From Psammoneis japonica (Eukaryota): a stretch of 64,000 nt of DNA. The position numbers and the translations under genes are program-made. The stretch's first letter is position 1; each line of letters opens with the position of its first letter. The notes below the pieces were generated by a model, which saw only the letters and a program-made list of their open reading frames with translations, was not told the DNA's origin and did not search any database. Of the stretch, positions 39,338-51,600 are shown one piece after another. The stretch covers positions 310,001 through 374,000 of the forward strand of contig QPGO01000025.1 of NCBI GenBank assembly GCA_008632985.1, written 5' to 3'.

Positions 39338-40270
39338 CTATATGGTTGGTCTTGATTGGCGGACGGAAAAGGTACATGCGCACACTACTGTTCTGGCAAC
39401 GGCTTTGGGGGATACTTGCTAGAGTCTAGAGGAGAAGCTGAGAGGACTTCAATGCCAAAGTACCATACAAATACACGGGGACACGGCAGCTACATCGCGA
39501 TAATAGGGGACGATGTTAATGACTAACACTCACAAATACTTCGCATTCTTATTCAATACTTCAATAGCACTCTAACTTTGAGGCTCTCTCTCTCTCCCTT
39601 CACCGTGTTCCCGTTCGTAGCAATCATTGTTCTTTGCTACCTCTTGCGTTGGAACGGTCATTCTTCCTCCGTGCACTAGAGTCGATCGTGAGCATGGCTG
39701 CTCTGACCACGTTATTTGGTGTTGTGCTTCTGTTCTTCAAAAAGGTTTTGTACTGCACCGTAAATCAATGATACCTGTAGTGAAGATCAACGTCGGAAAA
39801 GACGGCTTTGGCCAAGGGCCGCCTCTAGTATCGAGTATATAATACACCAACCGCCTATCTCTAAGGTTCCATGTAAAACGAATGCCTCCAATGTCTTCTT
39901 CTGTCCTTGTCGCAAAACATGAATACGTGCAACATGTACCGGTATACTCTTTTCTTCTTTCTTCTCCTTGCTAATTTGTGAATATGGTACTTCCGTCTTT
40001 ACGTTCCTTGCTCCTAACGAATATAGTCCTTCGTCTACGTCTATTGCCAATCCCTAGATCATTTTGTCTCTCATTCCCTGCTCCAGTTGTCTTTGCTTGG
40101 ATTACCGTGGCCGCACGTCTCCGCAACAATAAGATAGCCGATTGACGCAGTTTTGCCCTGTCAAACACGGCACACAGTGGTGTCAAACACCCTCATGGCG
40201 ATACCATCCTACTCGAGCTTCTGGGCGGGAGAGGATTGGATGATGAGTCGTCGCACTTCTGGAGATGGAC

Positions 40271-41410
40271 GTGGGGGTGGGGACGCTGTACGGCGTTTCC
40301 ATCCTCGTGACTCAGCGTCCCCACGCATCGTCCCCACGTGGGGACGCCGTACGGCCCTACTGTACTGTACGGCGTTTCCTCGTGGCTCAGCGTCCCCACG
40401 CATCGTCCGTCCCCACGTGGGGACGCCGTATGGCCCTAGGGCCCACTGTACAGTACGCACGGCGTTTCCTCGTGGCTCAGCGTCCCCACGTGTGGACGGC
40501 CGGCGTCCCCACTTGGGGACGCCGTACGGCCCTGCTGTACGGCGTTTCCTCGTTGCTCAGCGTCCCCACGCGTGGGGACGGCCGTCGTCCCCACGTGGGG
40601 ACGCCGTATGGCCATAGGGCCCACTGTACGGCGTTTCCTCGTGGCTCAGCGTCCCCACGTGGGGACGGCCGGCGTTACTGTACGGCGTTTCCTCGTTGCT
40701 CAGCGTCCCCACGCGTGGGGACTGCCGTCGTCCCCACGTGGGGACGCAGTGCGGCCATACAGCACTGTACGGCGTTTCCTCGTGGCTCCGCGTCCCCACG
40801 CATCGTCCCCACGTGGGGACGGACGCCGTGCGGCCCTGCTGTACGGCGTTTCCTCGTGGCTCAGCGTCCCCACGCATCGTCCCCAGGTGGGGAAGGCCGT
40901 CCCCACGTGGGGACGCCGTACGGCCCTACTGTACGGCGTTTCGTACGCGCGGCGTTTCCTGCTCGTGGCTCAGCCAGCGTCGCGTCCCCACGCGTGGGGA
41001 CGGCGTCCGAACGAATCGTCCCCACCCCCAGGCAGGGCGGGTCCCCACGGCCCTAGACTATGTACAGTACGGCGTTTCCTCGTGGCTCAGCGTCCCCACA
41101 CGCGTGGGGACGGCGTCCCCACGAATCGTCCCCACGTGGGGACGGCCGTCCCCACGTGGAAACGCCGTATATATACGGCCTTACAGTTCTTGCTTACAGT
41201 ACTGTATGTACGGCGTTTCCTCGTGGCTCAGCGTCCCCACGCCGTCCCCACGTACGATATGTGGGGACGGCCTGCAGCACGGCGTTTCCTGCGCTGTGCG
41301 GCGTTTCCTCGTGGCTCAGCGTCCCCACGCACGTCCCAACACGTCCCTGGGGACGCCGTACGGCCCTTCAGCACGGCGTATCCCGCCCTGTAGCTCAGCG
41401 TCCCGCGGGA
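40271..41410. repeat. GC-rich irregular tandem array of palindromic modules
   Basis: About 14 copies of CGGCGTTTCC(TCGTGGCTCAGCGTCCCCACG) interleaved with the perfect palindrome GTCCCCACGTGGGGAC and with CCGTACGG. Confidence 0.95.
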
Positions 41411-41900
41411 ACCACCACTCCAGCCAACTGGGAGGCACTACAAAAACGAGAAATTCTACGCAGAATTTGCCTAGCCACCATGGCGAATTCGCGTCGCGTC
41501 CACCGTCGATGTCACCGTTTTCCACGAGGTGACTCACGCGGGACATTGTCGTTATTTGTCTATACAGTGGCACCATAACGTGTTGGCTCGATTTTGACAA
41601 GTGCCACTCTGCACTCTGCGCAAGAAAATCGATTTCGATTCGTGTGAGTCTGCTGCTGCTGTTGTCGTCGTTCCGGTGTGTTTCGTCGAGTTTGTTATTA
41701 TTTCCCTCCTCTCATCCCTTGACCTTTGCCTCATTCGTTTCATAATAAATGTGGGTAAAGGTCGCGGATGTGTGGGGCACCTTTGGAGTGTTTGAGACGA
41801 GCTCTGGACGTCGCGGCTCGTGGTTGGTGTGTTTCCAACAGACGTTAGCGGTCCGGCACTTATTCTGTTTGTTTCTCGGTCCACAAGCAGATTCTTCCCC
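41400..41900 (+). mobile_element. Repeat-family segment adjoining the array; a decayed homologue lies at ~43710-43950 plus ~48510-48690
   Basis: Shared sequences include cagaatt.gc..agccaccat.gc.aatt.gc, gattttgacaagtgcc, gcaagaaaatcgattt and tttgag.c.agctctgga.gtcgcggctc. Confidence 0.65.
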
Positions 41901-41904
41901 ACAA

Positions 41905-43070
41905 AAGGGCCTCACATTTTACTTTGTCAAACACATTGCTGATACAAGCAGTGGAGTTTGTTGAGCACACATACAGGGATTTTGGGTTCTCTGGCAAACT
42001 ACGTAGCATTGCAGGAAGTTTCTTTCGTCACGCTGGGACAAAGGGTTTTGACAAGACCTCTCTGCATCCGCTTACATTGTGGACACCCTGATCTGTCTGA
42101 CAATCTTTTTTCATTGCTCATGGTGGCATCAGCAAGAGCTGAAAAGGTGTCAATCTCTCCAAGGACATCTTTGCGGGTTACATCAACGGAATTCATGGTG
42201 GATCAGTTGTTTTCAAGGAATGGAAAAAGGCCGGGACGTTGGAATGAACCAAATCTATAAGCATGAGCCTAAACTCAGTTAAGGTGCGGTGGAGCAAAGT
42301 CTTTCCCGGGACCTTTACCGATTGGGACATCGTTTGGATTTTTGCCGTTTACTTTCTTACTGCTGCTACGGTGGAATCGGCCACTAGCTAGTTTTCAAAC
42401 GTGGGAAAAGGCCGGGACGTTGGAATGAGCCAATCTATTAAGCATGAGGCTAAACTCAGTCAAGGTGTGGTGGCGCAAAGTCTTTCCCGGGACCTTTACC
42501 GATTGGGACATCGTTTGGATTTTTGCCGTTTACTTTCTTACTGCTGCTACGGTGGAATCGGCCACTAGCTAGTTTTCAAACGTGCTTACAATTCCGACGG
42601 TGTACCTGGTGGTCTACCTTGTGGTTGTGCTGGCAACATTTGATTTGGAGAAGATTGGTGACATCACTCCTGTGGGAACTATTCAGATGCTGTTGGGAGG
42701 GCTTGGACTTCTATAGACCTTTCCTCATTTTGCAACGCTTGGCTTTGAAAGAGGTTGGTGGCAGAGTTTTCGAGAGATCTTCCACGCATTCATAACAGGC
42801 GGACCGCTTCACTTCATATTCCACATCTAGACCAAGGCAAACTGCATGTTGCAAACTATTCTATTCTTGTCGGAGGTGCAAAGCAGCGTGCGACTGGCCG
42901 GGGTTTCGTTACTCAGCGCACTCCATTTGATGAGCAGTGTCGATATTTTGCATCTAGTCACCTTTACCTCGGAATCGAGCTGGTGTCTTTTCACAGTTTT
43001 ATCATAATTCTCTGACACCAGGCTTAGCTCTTTGTTTGTTCTGTCGTCTTTCGGACCTCCTTTTGACAAG
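41905..43070 (+). pseudogene. 1,3-beta-glucan (callose/FKS-type, GT48) synthase internal fragment with a ~181-bp tandem duplication
   Basis: QEVSFVTLGQRVLTRPLCIRLHCGHPD, KGRDVGMNQI, LSRDLYRLGHRLDF and GGAKQRATGRGFV motifs, with stops and frameshifts. 42223-42403 is duplicated at 42404-42584. Confidence 0.88.
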
Positions 43071-43229
43071 CTTTTGACTCAATCCTACTGTGTCGACTCC
43101 TCGCACCGAGTTCCCCCCGAATGAAACCATCGTCACACTTCACATTGGGGTGGAGGGCAGAAGTTTTGTATCATGCAACTCAGTTCTCAGCATCCACCCA
43201 CGGCCCTCACCACATGGGGATGAATGAGC

Positions 43230-43700
43230 GATGTGCACTGGTGCAAAAATCACAGAGGAGATTCATGTAGATAAATCTTGAAAAATGGGGTTTGGGGCCG
43301 GCCAAATTTTTTGCGTGCTTCCCCGTGCTTCTCCGCTTGGCGACAAACCCTCAAGGAATCATTTTCTCAAAACACCATTGACACTTTGCATCATTGCTTT
43401 CATGTGAGGAACACGATTTGGTGCATCTTGTGCCCAAAATTCCATTTTCAGAATTGTGTTGTCACTTCAGCAGTGATGCAGTGTGGTAGAAATTTTTCAA
43501 ACATGGAATTTCATCATCAAAAGCAAGTGCACAAAGTGTCAACCATCATGACTGAAATCAATTCCTTGAGGTCATGGCCTGTCATTCACAAAGCACAGGA
43601 AAAGCATGACAAACAAGATTTCCTGTGTGATTTTCTGCATGAGCTTTGTGTGAGAAATTGGCCCAAACCAAAAATTTCAAGCTCACAACCCCTGCACATG
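43230..43700 (+). repeat. Dispersed repeat with a second copy at ~56085-56570
   Basis: Shared gtgcactgg..caaaa, gggtttggg.cc, actgaaat..attccttgaggtcatggcctgt and agaaattggcccaaacc. Confidence 0.7.
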
Positions 43701-43950
43701 GCCTGCAATTCTGCGTCCCCATGCGTGGGGACAGTGTCCCCGTGCAGAATTCGCACAGCCACCATTGCAAATTTGCATTGTGTCTGCCATCGTTGTCACT
43801 GTTTTTCACAAGGTAAGTCACTCAGGATGTTGTCGTCATTTGTCTGTTGCGCCATTGCGTGTTTGGCTTGATTTTGACAAGTGCCGCTCCATGCAAGAAA
43901 ATCGATTTTGACTCCTTTGGCATGCAAGTCTGCTGCTGTTGTTGCCCATG

Positions 43951-46900
43951 TGCAGTGTGCGACTGTTATATACATATTTATGATTATATGTTATTTATAT
44001 GTCAATCGTACCACAGTCGTGGATGCGTGCAAAGGACAGAACGATCACACAGAGTTGATCGGATGTCGAGAATTGCAAATACGATCGATTGACGATGTTG
44101 ACATCTTACGTGTCAATAGCAATCGTATCCGGACAATCTGTTGTCACGAATATATTCTCCGAAAGGCCTTTTGTCTGTAGAAGCAGCACAGAAGCTTTAG
44201 GCCATTGAGAACTCGTTCGGAGAAACCAAAAATCACAGAGCAAAATTTAATCTCATAATTTCCACTTTTCGTACACTATTCTACTTTCGTTTACACTCGT
44301 TCTTCGAGCATAGTGCATTGTGTATACACACCACAGAAGGTAAAAAGCACGGAAAATGAAAATTTTAACTAATGTGCCTTTGCAAATTCTTCTGTGAACA
44401 GGAACGAATCGCATCAGTTCTGCTGGAATCGATTTCCGAGCGGAAGAAGCTCAAGCCGAGCAGCACCTCAAGATGGAACGCTGTTTTTCGTCTACCAGAC
44501 AAGAGGATTCGCTCTAATACGGTCTATTCCAAGCACCCAAGGATCAAGGGCTCTCAAGCACACCGCATTGTCAAAAAATCTACACCAAGTCATGGTTGCA
44601 GAGAATGCAAGTTCCGAGTCGATCAGATCCGAGAAATGCGTCTACCATGCAAGGAGAGACTGTTGGAGAGTTTTTTGAGACCGAATCGATGATCCTCGAG
44701 TCCAAGAGCAAGATGGAACCGTTGGAAAGTACCTCAAGAGTCTCACATCTCATGTCTTTCCAAGAATTGCACTTCAGAATCAGAGTTGTCATTTTCAAGA
44801 CGATCTGAAGAAACCAGAGCTGCTTGACAGCAAGAAAGCCTCTGTTAGACCCAAGAGGTCAATGATGAGAGTCTGTGCGACCCTCAGATGGATTCTAAGT
44901 CGAATCTAGCGGGAAACCGAGCGCTGATTTATCAGCTGTCACTCGCACCGCAAGGATGGCAGCATCAGCCTACTGTCCAAAACATTGAACTACTGGATCA
45001 TGCCCTTGACGAGCTGATTGAGGTTTGAGTCGTCTAGAGGTCGGCGAGGACGTCTGTGACAAAAAAACACATCAATTCAGGCTCTGATAGCGCAGTTGAT
45101 TCCACAATCAAAAAGGTTCCAATTTTGGTTCCAAAAATGGTCTCCTGTGTGGTGCCACCACAATCCAAAGTGAATGAAAGGTCCAATCTTTGAAAAAAGA
45201 ATACCCACATCACGGATTAAAGCCATTCTGAAAATGAACCAGCGAAAGAGTGCAAGGGTGGCTCTAAAAGAGACCCAAAAATACGACGCTCTAAATGGCA
45301 ATCGCACGCGAACGTGACGAGAGCAGAAATGCCTCTGTGAAAGAGGAGTTGAACTGAACTATGAACTGGGCAGTTCACAAAAACAATTAAAGCGAGTTCC
45401 TCGACAAAGGAACGTAAAAATAAGAGCGAAAATTAAGACTCTAAAACGCTTAACAAATGAAACTATCAATTTAGAAAAATTGACCTGATCGAGTCCGATC
45501 AAAAATTTAAACCGCTCAAGGAGTGTAACGCATTACAGGACGTCTGGAAACCCAGAAAAAGCATCACAGCATGTCACACGAGTCCTGTTCTCGCTGTCTA
45601 TATGACTGCTTCTCTGAGAAAAGAAAAAAATAAGCTTCTGCGTGTTCTCTCGATAAAGAACATCGTCAGCCCATGATTTTACGCAAAATCGTGCGAAGGT
45701 TGAGAACCAAAATATCCGCCACCAAAAAAACTTGAGAAACCAAGGGTGAGCTCTTTACGACTGACAGCAAACACCGAATTCAGTTCTCACTACGCGAATT
45801 TAAGACTTGCTGACATTCAAACAGCATGTGTCAATGACACCAAACACCCTTCAAGGTCGAATGATGTGATCATGGGACGCGACTTAATGTCCAGTCCTGC
45901 AAGTCACATTGGACTACGCAAATGAAGAAATCTAATGGGAAGAAGCAATTACCTTATGAAGAATGTTCATACACTCTTCGATGCCGATGTTTTCAAGCTG
46001 AAAACCGATCACATGAAAAATGTGACGCCGTGAATAGAGTCAACAACGGAACCAATGGTCCTCGACTCACATTGTCACGCCATCGATCCTAATCAAGTGA
46101 CAACTACGGCGATGCATCTAACCCAAATGAACACAACCAACTCAATCTTCTTCTTAAGAGGTTGAAATCTTTTTGAAAAGTTCCTCAGACGAATGCATGG
46201 GAAGAACCAGTGGATCTCATCGTGGAAAATCTGACGCGATTCCACGACGCGTGAGAACCTTCTCCTATCATAGTCTTTGGAGGCGTCCAATCAAAAGGAA
46301 TTTGACCTATTATGAAAGATTGAAGTTTTAAAAATGAAATTGCGATTCAATCATGGAACACCACGATGTAAAATCAAAAAGCACACGTCGTGCTCACATC
46401 AGAATAATGCCGTGGGGGAAAATGAGTGCTATAGACTTCCGATGAGAATCTATAGAGCCCCATATATTTTCATACAACGCATGAGCGAACTCATGGCAGG
46501 TTTGGAGTTGTCAGAACGACTAAGAATGAACATTTGCACCTGACAGAAAATAACTTCAAAATGTCACCTGTACAAGAAAAACTTGAAACGGCATTCATAC
46601 GACTAGAACAGTCGCTTTGAAGGTTAACAAACAAAAGTCCTTCACTACTTAACTTGAAAAAAATTATCAAGACTTCCATGCGTAACGGCACACATCCGAT
46701 TACAAAGAAAATGGAGGCGATTCAAGCAATCGCAACACGAGAAAAACGTAAAGAACACTACGACATCTCGTTGTCATACGTTGCTATTATCGAGACATGT
46801 AGTCTCAACGATCTCCTGTACAATACTAGCCAAATTCACCTCAATAAAGGTCAAACGGCAAAAGTACAAGTACGGAACGAAAAGTCTCGGAAAATATGGA

Positions 46901-48506
46901 GCGTATCAAATCAAAAACTATATTGTTATCATACACGGATTTCAATATTATACGTTACAACGGAAAAAAGAACTTCTGTCCATAGTGAAAACACTTATAA
47001 AATTCCGAAATATACTGTTTGGCCAACAGATTTATACATATACGGATCATAAGACACAACGGACAAAGTCATACGTTGACAACTTCAGTCCCGAATTAGA
47101 ATACAACGAGGGCAAGGCGAACATCGTCGCGATAGACGCGATCAGCCGACTTACTATAGAAAATTGAATCCTACGACAATGTCCTACCGTTAAAACGGGA
47201 TAAAGACATTCCCTCCAAATTGTCGGACGCGACATATCATACGAACACTTTTCGTGGAGGCGAGCGAGATCGAAAAATGCTCATGTCACAAGGATAAAAT
47301 CGCCTTTTTAAAGGACGATTTAGGAAAAAACAGTGACAGATTGGTATACATTATACGTATCCACTTCACACTGGCAAAAGACAATCTCACAACACCCGTA
47401 CGGTTGTATTGTACAATGTACGAGGCAAGACATTAAAATATACATCATGTCGACACACGAGATGTGCCAAAGATCTAGAAAAAGAAAAGAAAAATGGACA
47501 TTTATCCACTTAGTGCACGAAACCAGTGCCTTCGGAATGACAAAATAACACCGGTATGTCAGAAAGAAACGTCCAAATAACGATTAAAATCCAACTGATA
47601 GATGGTTGAAGTACAAAAAAAAAAAATCCATAATGGAATTCATAACCATCACAGGATTGATTATCAAGACGAAATGGTCATAATATCTTTGACCATCGTT
47701 TATTATTACTTATGAAACGTGGTAGTGCAGCAGAGCAATATGGCATATAAAGTAAGCCCGCCAAACTACATGAAATCCACAAGTAAGTAAGTGAACGCCA
47801 TAATTAAGAGCGTACATTAAGTACTGGGCACGATGCTATGTACAATCGATATCAGGAAAAACACTTACTCCAGGACAATTAGTCCTTGTGTTCATATCAA
47901 CAAGAACGTCAATGAGAATACTCGACGTAATACTATATATATACATATTAAGTGAGAAACAAACAATGTCACTCTCAAAAGACATTCGGAAATTGGAACG
48001 GCCCTATATTGCCTATACAAAACAACAACAGTCATTGCTAATGGCACAATACAGTGAAAGTGGAGACATTATTGACACTGTCGATGTCCGTCGAATAATC
48101 CACTTACAAATGACTCTAATGTGCAATTAGGGAGGCGAATGCAGTATGCGACTGTTATATACATATTTATGATTATATATTATTTATATGTCAATCGTAC
48201 CACAGTCGTGGATGCGTACAAAGGACAGAACGATCACACAGAGTTGATCGGATGTCGAGAATTGCAAATACGATCGATTGACGATGTTGACATCTTACGT
48301 GTCAATAGCAATCGTATCCGGACAATCTGTTGTCACGAATATATTCTCCGAAAGGCCTTTTGTCTGTAGAAGCAGCACAGAAGCTTTGGGCCATTGAGAA
48401 CTCGTTCGGAGAAACCAAAAATCACAGAGCAAAATTTAATCTCACAATTTCCACTTTTCGTGCACTGTTCTACTTTCGTTTACACTCGTTCTTCGAGCAT
48501 AGTGCA
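43951..48506 (+). mobile_element. Ty3/Gypsy LTR retrotransposon, non-autonomous (internally decayed)
   Basis: 367-bp LTRs at 43951-44317 and 48140-48506 (TG...CA), 4-bp TSD CATG and PPT AGGGAGGCGAA. Internal remnants DVIMGRDLM (~45863), FRNILFGQQIYTYTDHK and LEYNEGKANIVA.DAISRL (Gypsy RNase H). Confidence 0.92.
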
Positions 48507-48699
48507 CATGCCTCATTTGCTTTGCAATGAGTGCAGCTAGAAGGCACTGATGTGTGGGACACCCTTGGCACATTTGAGGCAAGCTCTGGATGTCGCGGCT
48601 CACAGCTGTTGTGTTTTGGAGTTTCCCATGGACACCGTTGGTCCAGCACTTCTTTGTTCCGCTTGTTTCTTGGTTGCACACAGGTTCTTCCCTGCAAAG

Positions 48700-51600
48700 C
48701 AGCCTCATGCTTTGGTTTTGAACATGTTGATGCATGATGCAAAAGAACTGGATTTTGTGGAGGTTGTCTCAGGGAAACACAGTTGGGAGCTCAATGAGCT
48801 GCAACTGCAATGCAGGGTTGCACTTTTGGTTAGATTTTTCAATTGTCAAGAGCACCACACCCATTGCTTGGGAGGTCGTTCTCAGCAATGCTGAATCATG
48901 AAAGACAATTCTTGCAATTGGATTGTTGTGGGACCTTGCATGGGAGGCAAGTCCTTCATGATTCACTTCATGCTTTCACAACCAGCTCATGAGTCACAGA
49001 GTTGCACTTTCATGGGGGCGGTTCATGATGGCTCTCTTCACAGTCAAGATGAGAGAACCTTCTAGTCATTTGAATGCACGGTCCTTTGTCTGTGCAGGAA
49101 ACACCCTGCACTCTGTGAGCAAGCTTGTTGGCAGTCAGGATCACATGGCGGATGGTGGCGATGCTCATGTTTGACCTTTGACCTTTTGACCTTGTGTGCT
49201 GTGCATGGGTCACAGGAACTTCAACCTCAGTTTAGTCCAATGGGTCAAAAGCATGGTTTTTCATGCCAGGCACTTGGTTTGTCCCTTGCTCTGCAACCCA
49301 CAAACAGCAGTCTCTCAAACAACACCTTTGCAGTCAACTTTGATTCTGTCAAACCCTTCAGTTGCATGCCACAGTTTTAGACCAATTGACCATCAACCCA
49401 AACTGCCAGACACCATTGGTTGTCACACAGCTGGCAGGGCTTGCACTCTGTTGGCCCAAAAGCACAATGATGAGAGTGTGGCCTTTTTGTTGCCGGGGGG
49501 CAGCTGCTGCACCACTGGAGTTGTCAACACACACCTGCGTTTGTTGCTCTTTGAACCCAAAGGATGTTTCCACTGTGTGAAGCTGGCAAGCACCCTCTTT
49601 TTGGAAGTCCAAACATTTTTGTTGTTAGAGCAAGGTGTCTTTTCTCTCATGCACCACCCCGAGCACTCTTGCAAATGTGCTGCTTGACTTTGCCATCAGC
49701 ACTGCTGTGCTCCTCTGTGGCAGTGGTCTCAGCAGGCCCGAGAATGGAGCTTGGGAAGCTCTTGCTGCTTGTGATTCAGAGGTTGGGACTCAAATCTCTC
49801 AAATCCCTCAAATCCTGTGCCAAAACAATTGCTTCAGTGCTGGGTGGCATCCTCTCCCATGGTTGCCATGATCATCTGTGTGGCAGGCATCTCTGCTGAC
49901 TGGCTGGCCCTCATGCTCTTCTTTGGGTGTTAAAAGCTTGTGACTGGTGCACATGCCGCCTTCTTTTTTGGCCCTCTCTTGGCATGTTTCCTTGCTTTCT
50001 TTTGCAGCCAATGCCAGCAGCACAAGCAGCAAGCTTTTGCAAAACCCACAAGCCTTTCTGCTGGAATCTCTTTTGCACTTCCTTCCAGCCAGCTCATCCA
50101 GCATTGGTCATCTGCTTCTTCTTCTTCTTCCAGGGCTTCTCATGTGGTTCCCACCTTTGGTGCCTCCATTTTGCCCTTCAAGGATGTCTTGGGTGGCTCA
50201 GCTTCTTTTCACCCCACTCCTTGCTGCAATTGTGGCTTTTTTTGTTGCTGGCAGGGGCACCCAGCAGCTTTCTTTTTCTCTTGCCAAAAATCTGGCAAGA
50301 GAGGCACAAGACCTTTGCTCTTGCCCTCTTGTTCCTCTGTCATGGGGGGGGGTGGGGGGCATGTCTCAGCAGAATGGCAGCCCTGCTGTGCTTGGTGCCT
50401 GCAGTGTTTTTTCTTCTCTTGTGCTCCAATCTGCAGAGCCCATGCACAGACCTGTGCCAGAGCATCTGTGTGGCACCAAGGGGGGTCCCACAGTGAGCAC
50501 CTCATGCTGCTTCAGCTCCGAGGACCACACACTTTTTTTTTTCACCACATGAAAAGAGCTGTGAAAATCAGAGTTTGTTTCAAAAGCAAATTGAGTTGTT
50601 TGGAGTCAGCACGATGAGATCTTTGATTCTGAAGTGTGACAAGAAGTTGGATTGCATGCACAAACAGAAATGTTTTTGGCTGTGTGTTGCAGATCTCAAG
50701 CAGGCCTGCAAGGTCCATGCAGCCCAGTTTGCCACCAGTGACTGTCAGAGTTGAGCATGCATTGCCCCTGCCCCCGCCCCCCTTTGGCCCCTTTGGAAAG
50801 CATGTGTGGGTCCATCTTTGTCTTTCCTGGGTGCATGGCACAAAAAAGCAAAAAAGCAAGCAGAGGCAGTGTGTGGTCCAAAAGCATGCCTGCAGTGCTT
50901 TCCAAAGCTCTGGTGTGTGACTTGCAAAATCACTGCAAATTCTGTGCAAATGGCTTCTGTTGGGAAATGCACACCAAACCCAGTCTGATGATGGCAAATT
51001 TGTCATTGAAAACTTTGACGCTGGCAAAAGAATCACTTGGAGACAAAATGAGCAGCACTTTCCTTGCCCAGCTTGCTTTTTCAAGACAAGTTGGTTGGCA
51101 AAGGGATGTCTGCTGAAGCCCCATTTTCCCACGTTGTGTCACACAAACAACACGCTGACAGTTCAGAAATTGAAGCTTTTGAAAATGCACCAAAAAAGCC
51201 ATCACCACCACTCAAATTTTCATGAAAAAGCAAGCAAGCAAAGTCCCTTTGTTTTGTCATGATTTTAGAGATTCCTTTGTTGACTGTCAGAGCAAGTCTG
51301 AGAGTTGCATGGGAGAGGTGTGACATGCAACAACTTTCTTCAGCAGACTTTGGATGATTTCTGGGGGTGAAGTGTTGGAGCTCATGTGCCACTCTCTCTC
51401 AGATGCTGTGGATCCCAGCAGCAGCTGTGGCTGGAAATGCCCAAAAAGAATTGTGCCATGCTCCAGCATCTGGTGGAACAAGTGAGCAGCAACAAAGGTG
51501 TTGCAGATGACAGCTTGCACGCAAACTTTCAGCCACAAAGGCAAAACTTGAGTCCACACAGCGGGGAACAATGCAAGCATCTCCAAAATCCAAATGTCAT

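Noticed and set aside
39600..40260. Possible gene fragment on the minus strand next to the array
   Set aside because: Only short ORFs with no recognisable motif, so it cannot be supported.
40271..41410. CRISPR-like array of palindromic repeats
   Set aside because: There are no unique spacers, the period is irregular, there are no cas genes and the context is eukaryotic. The long ORFs across it are repeat artefacts.
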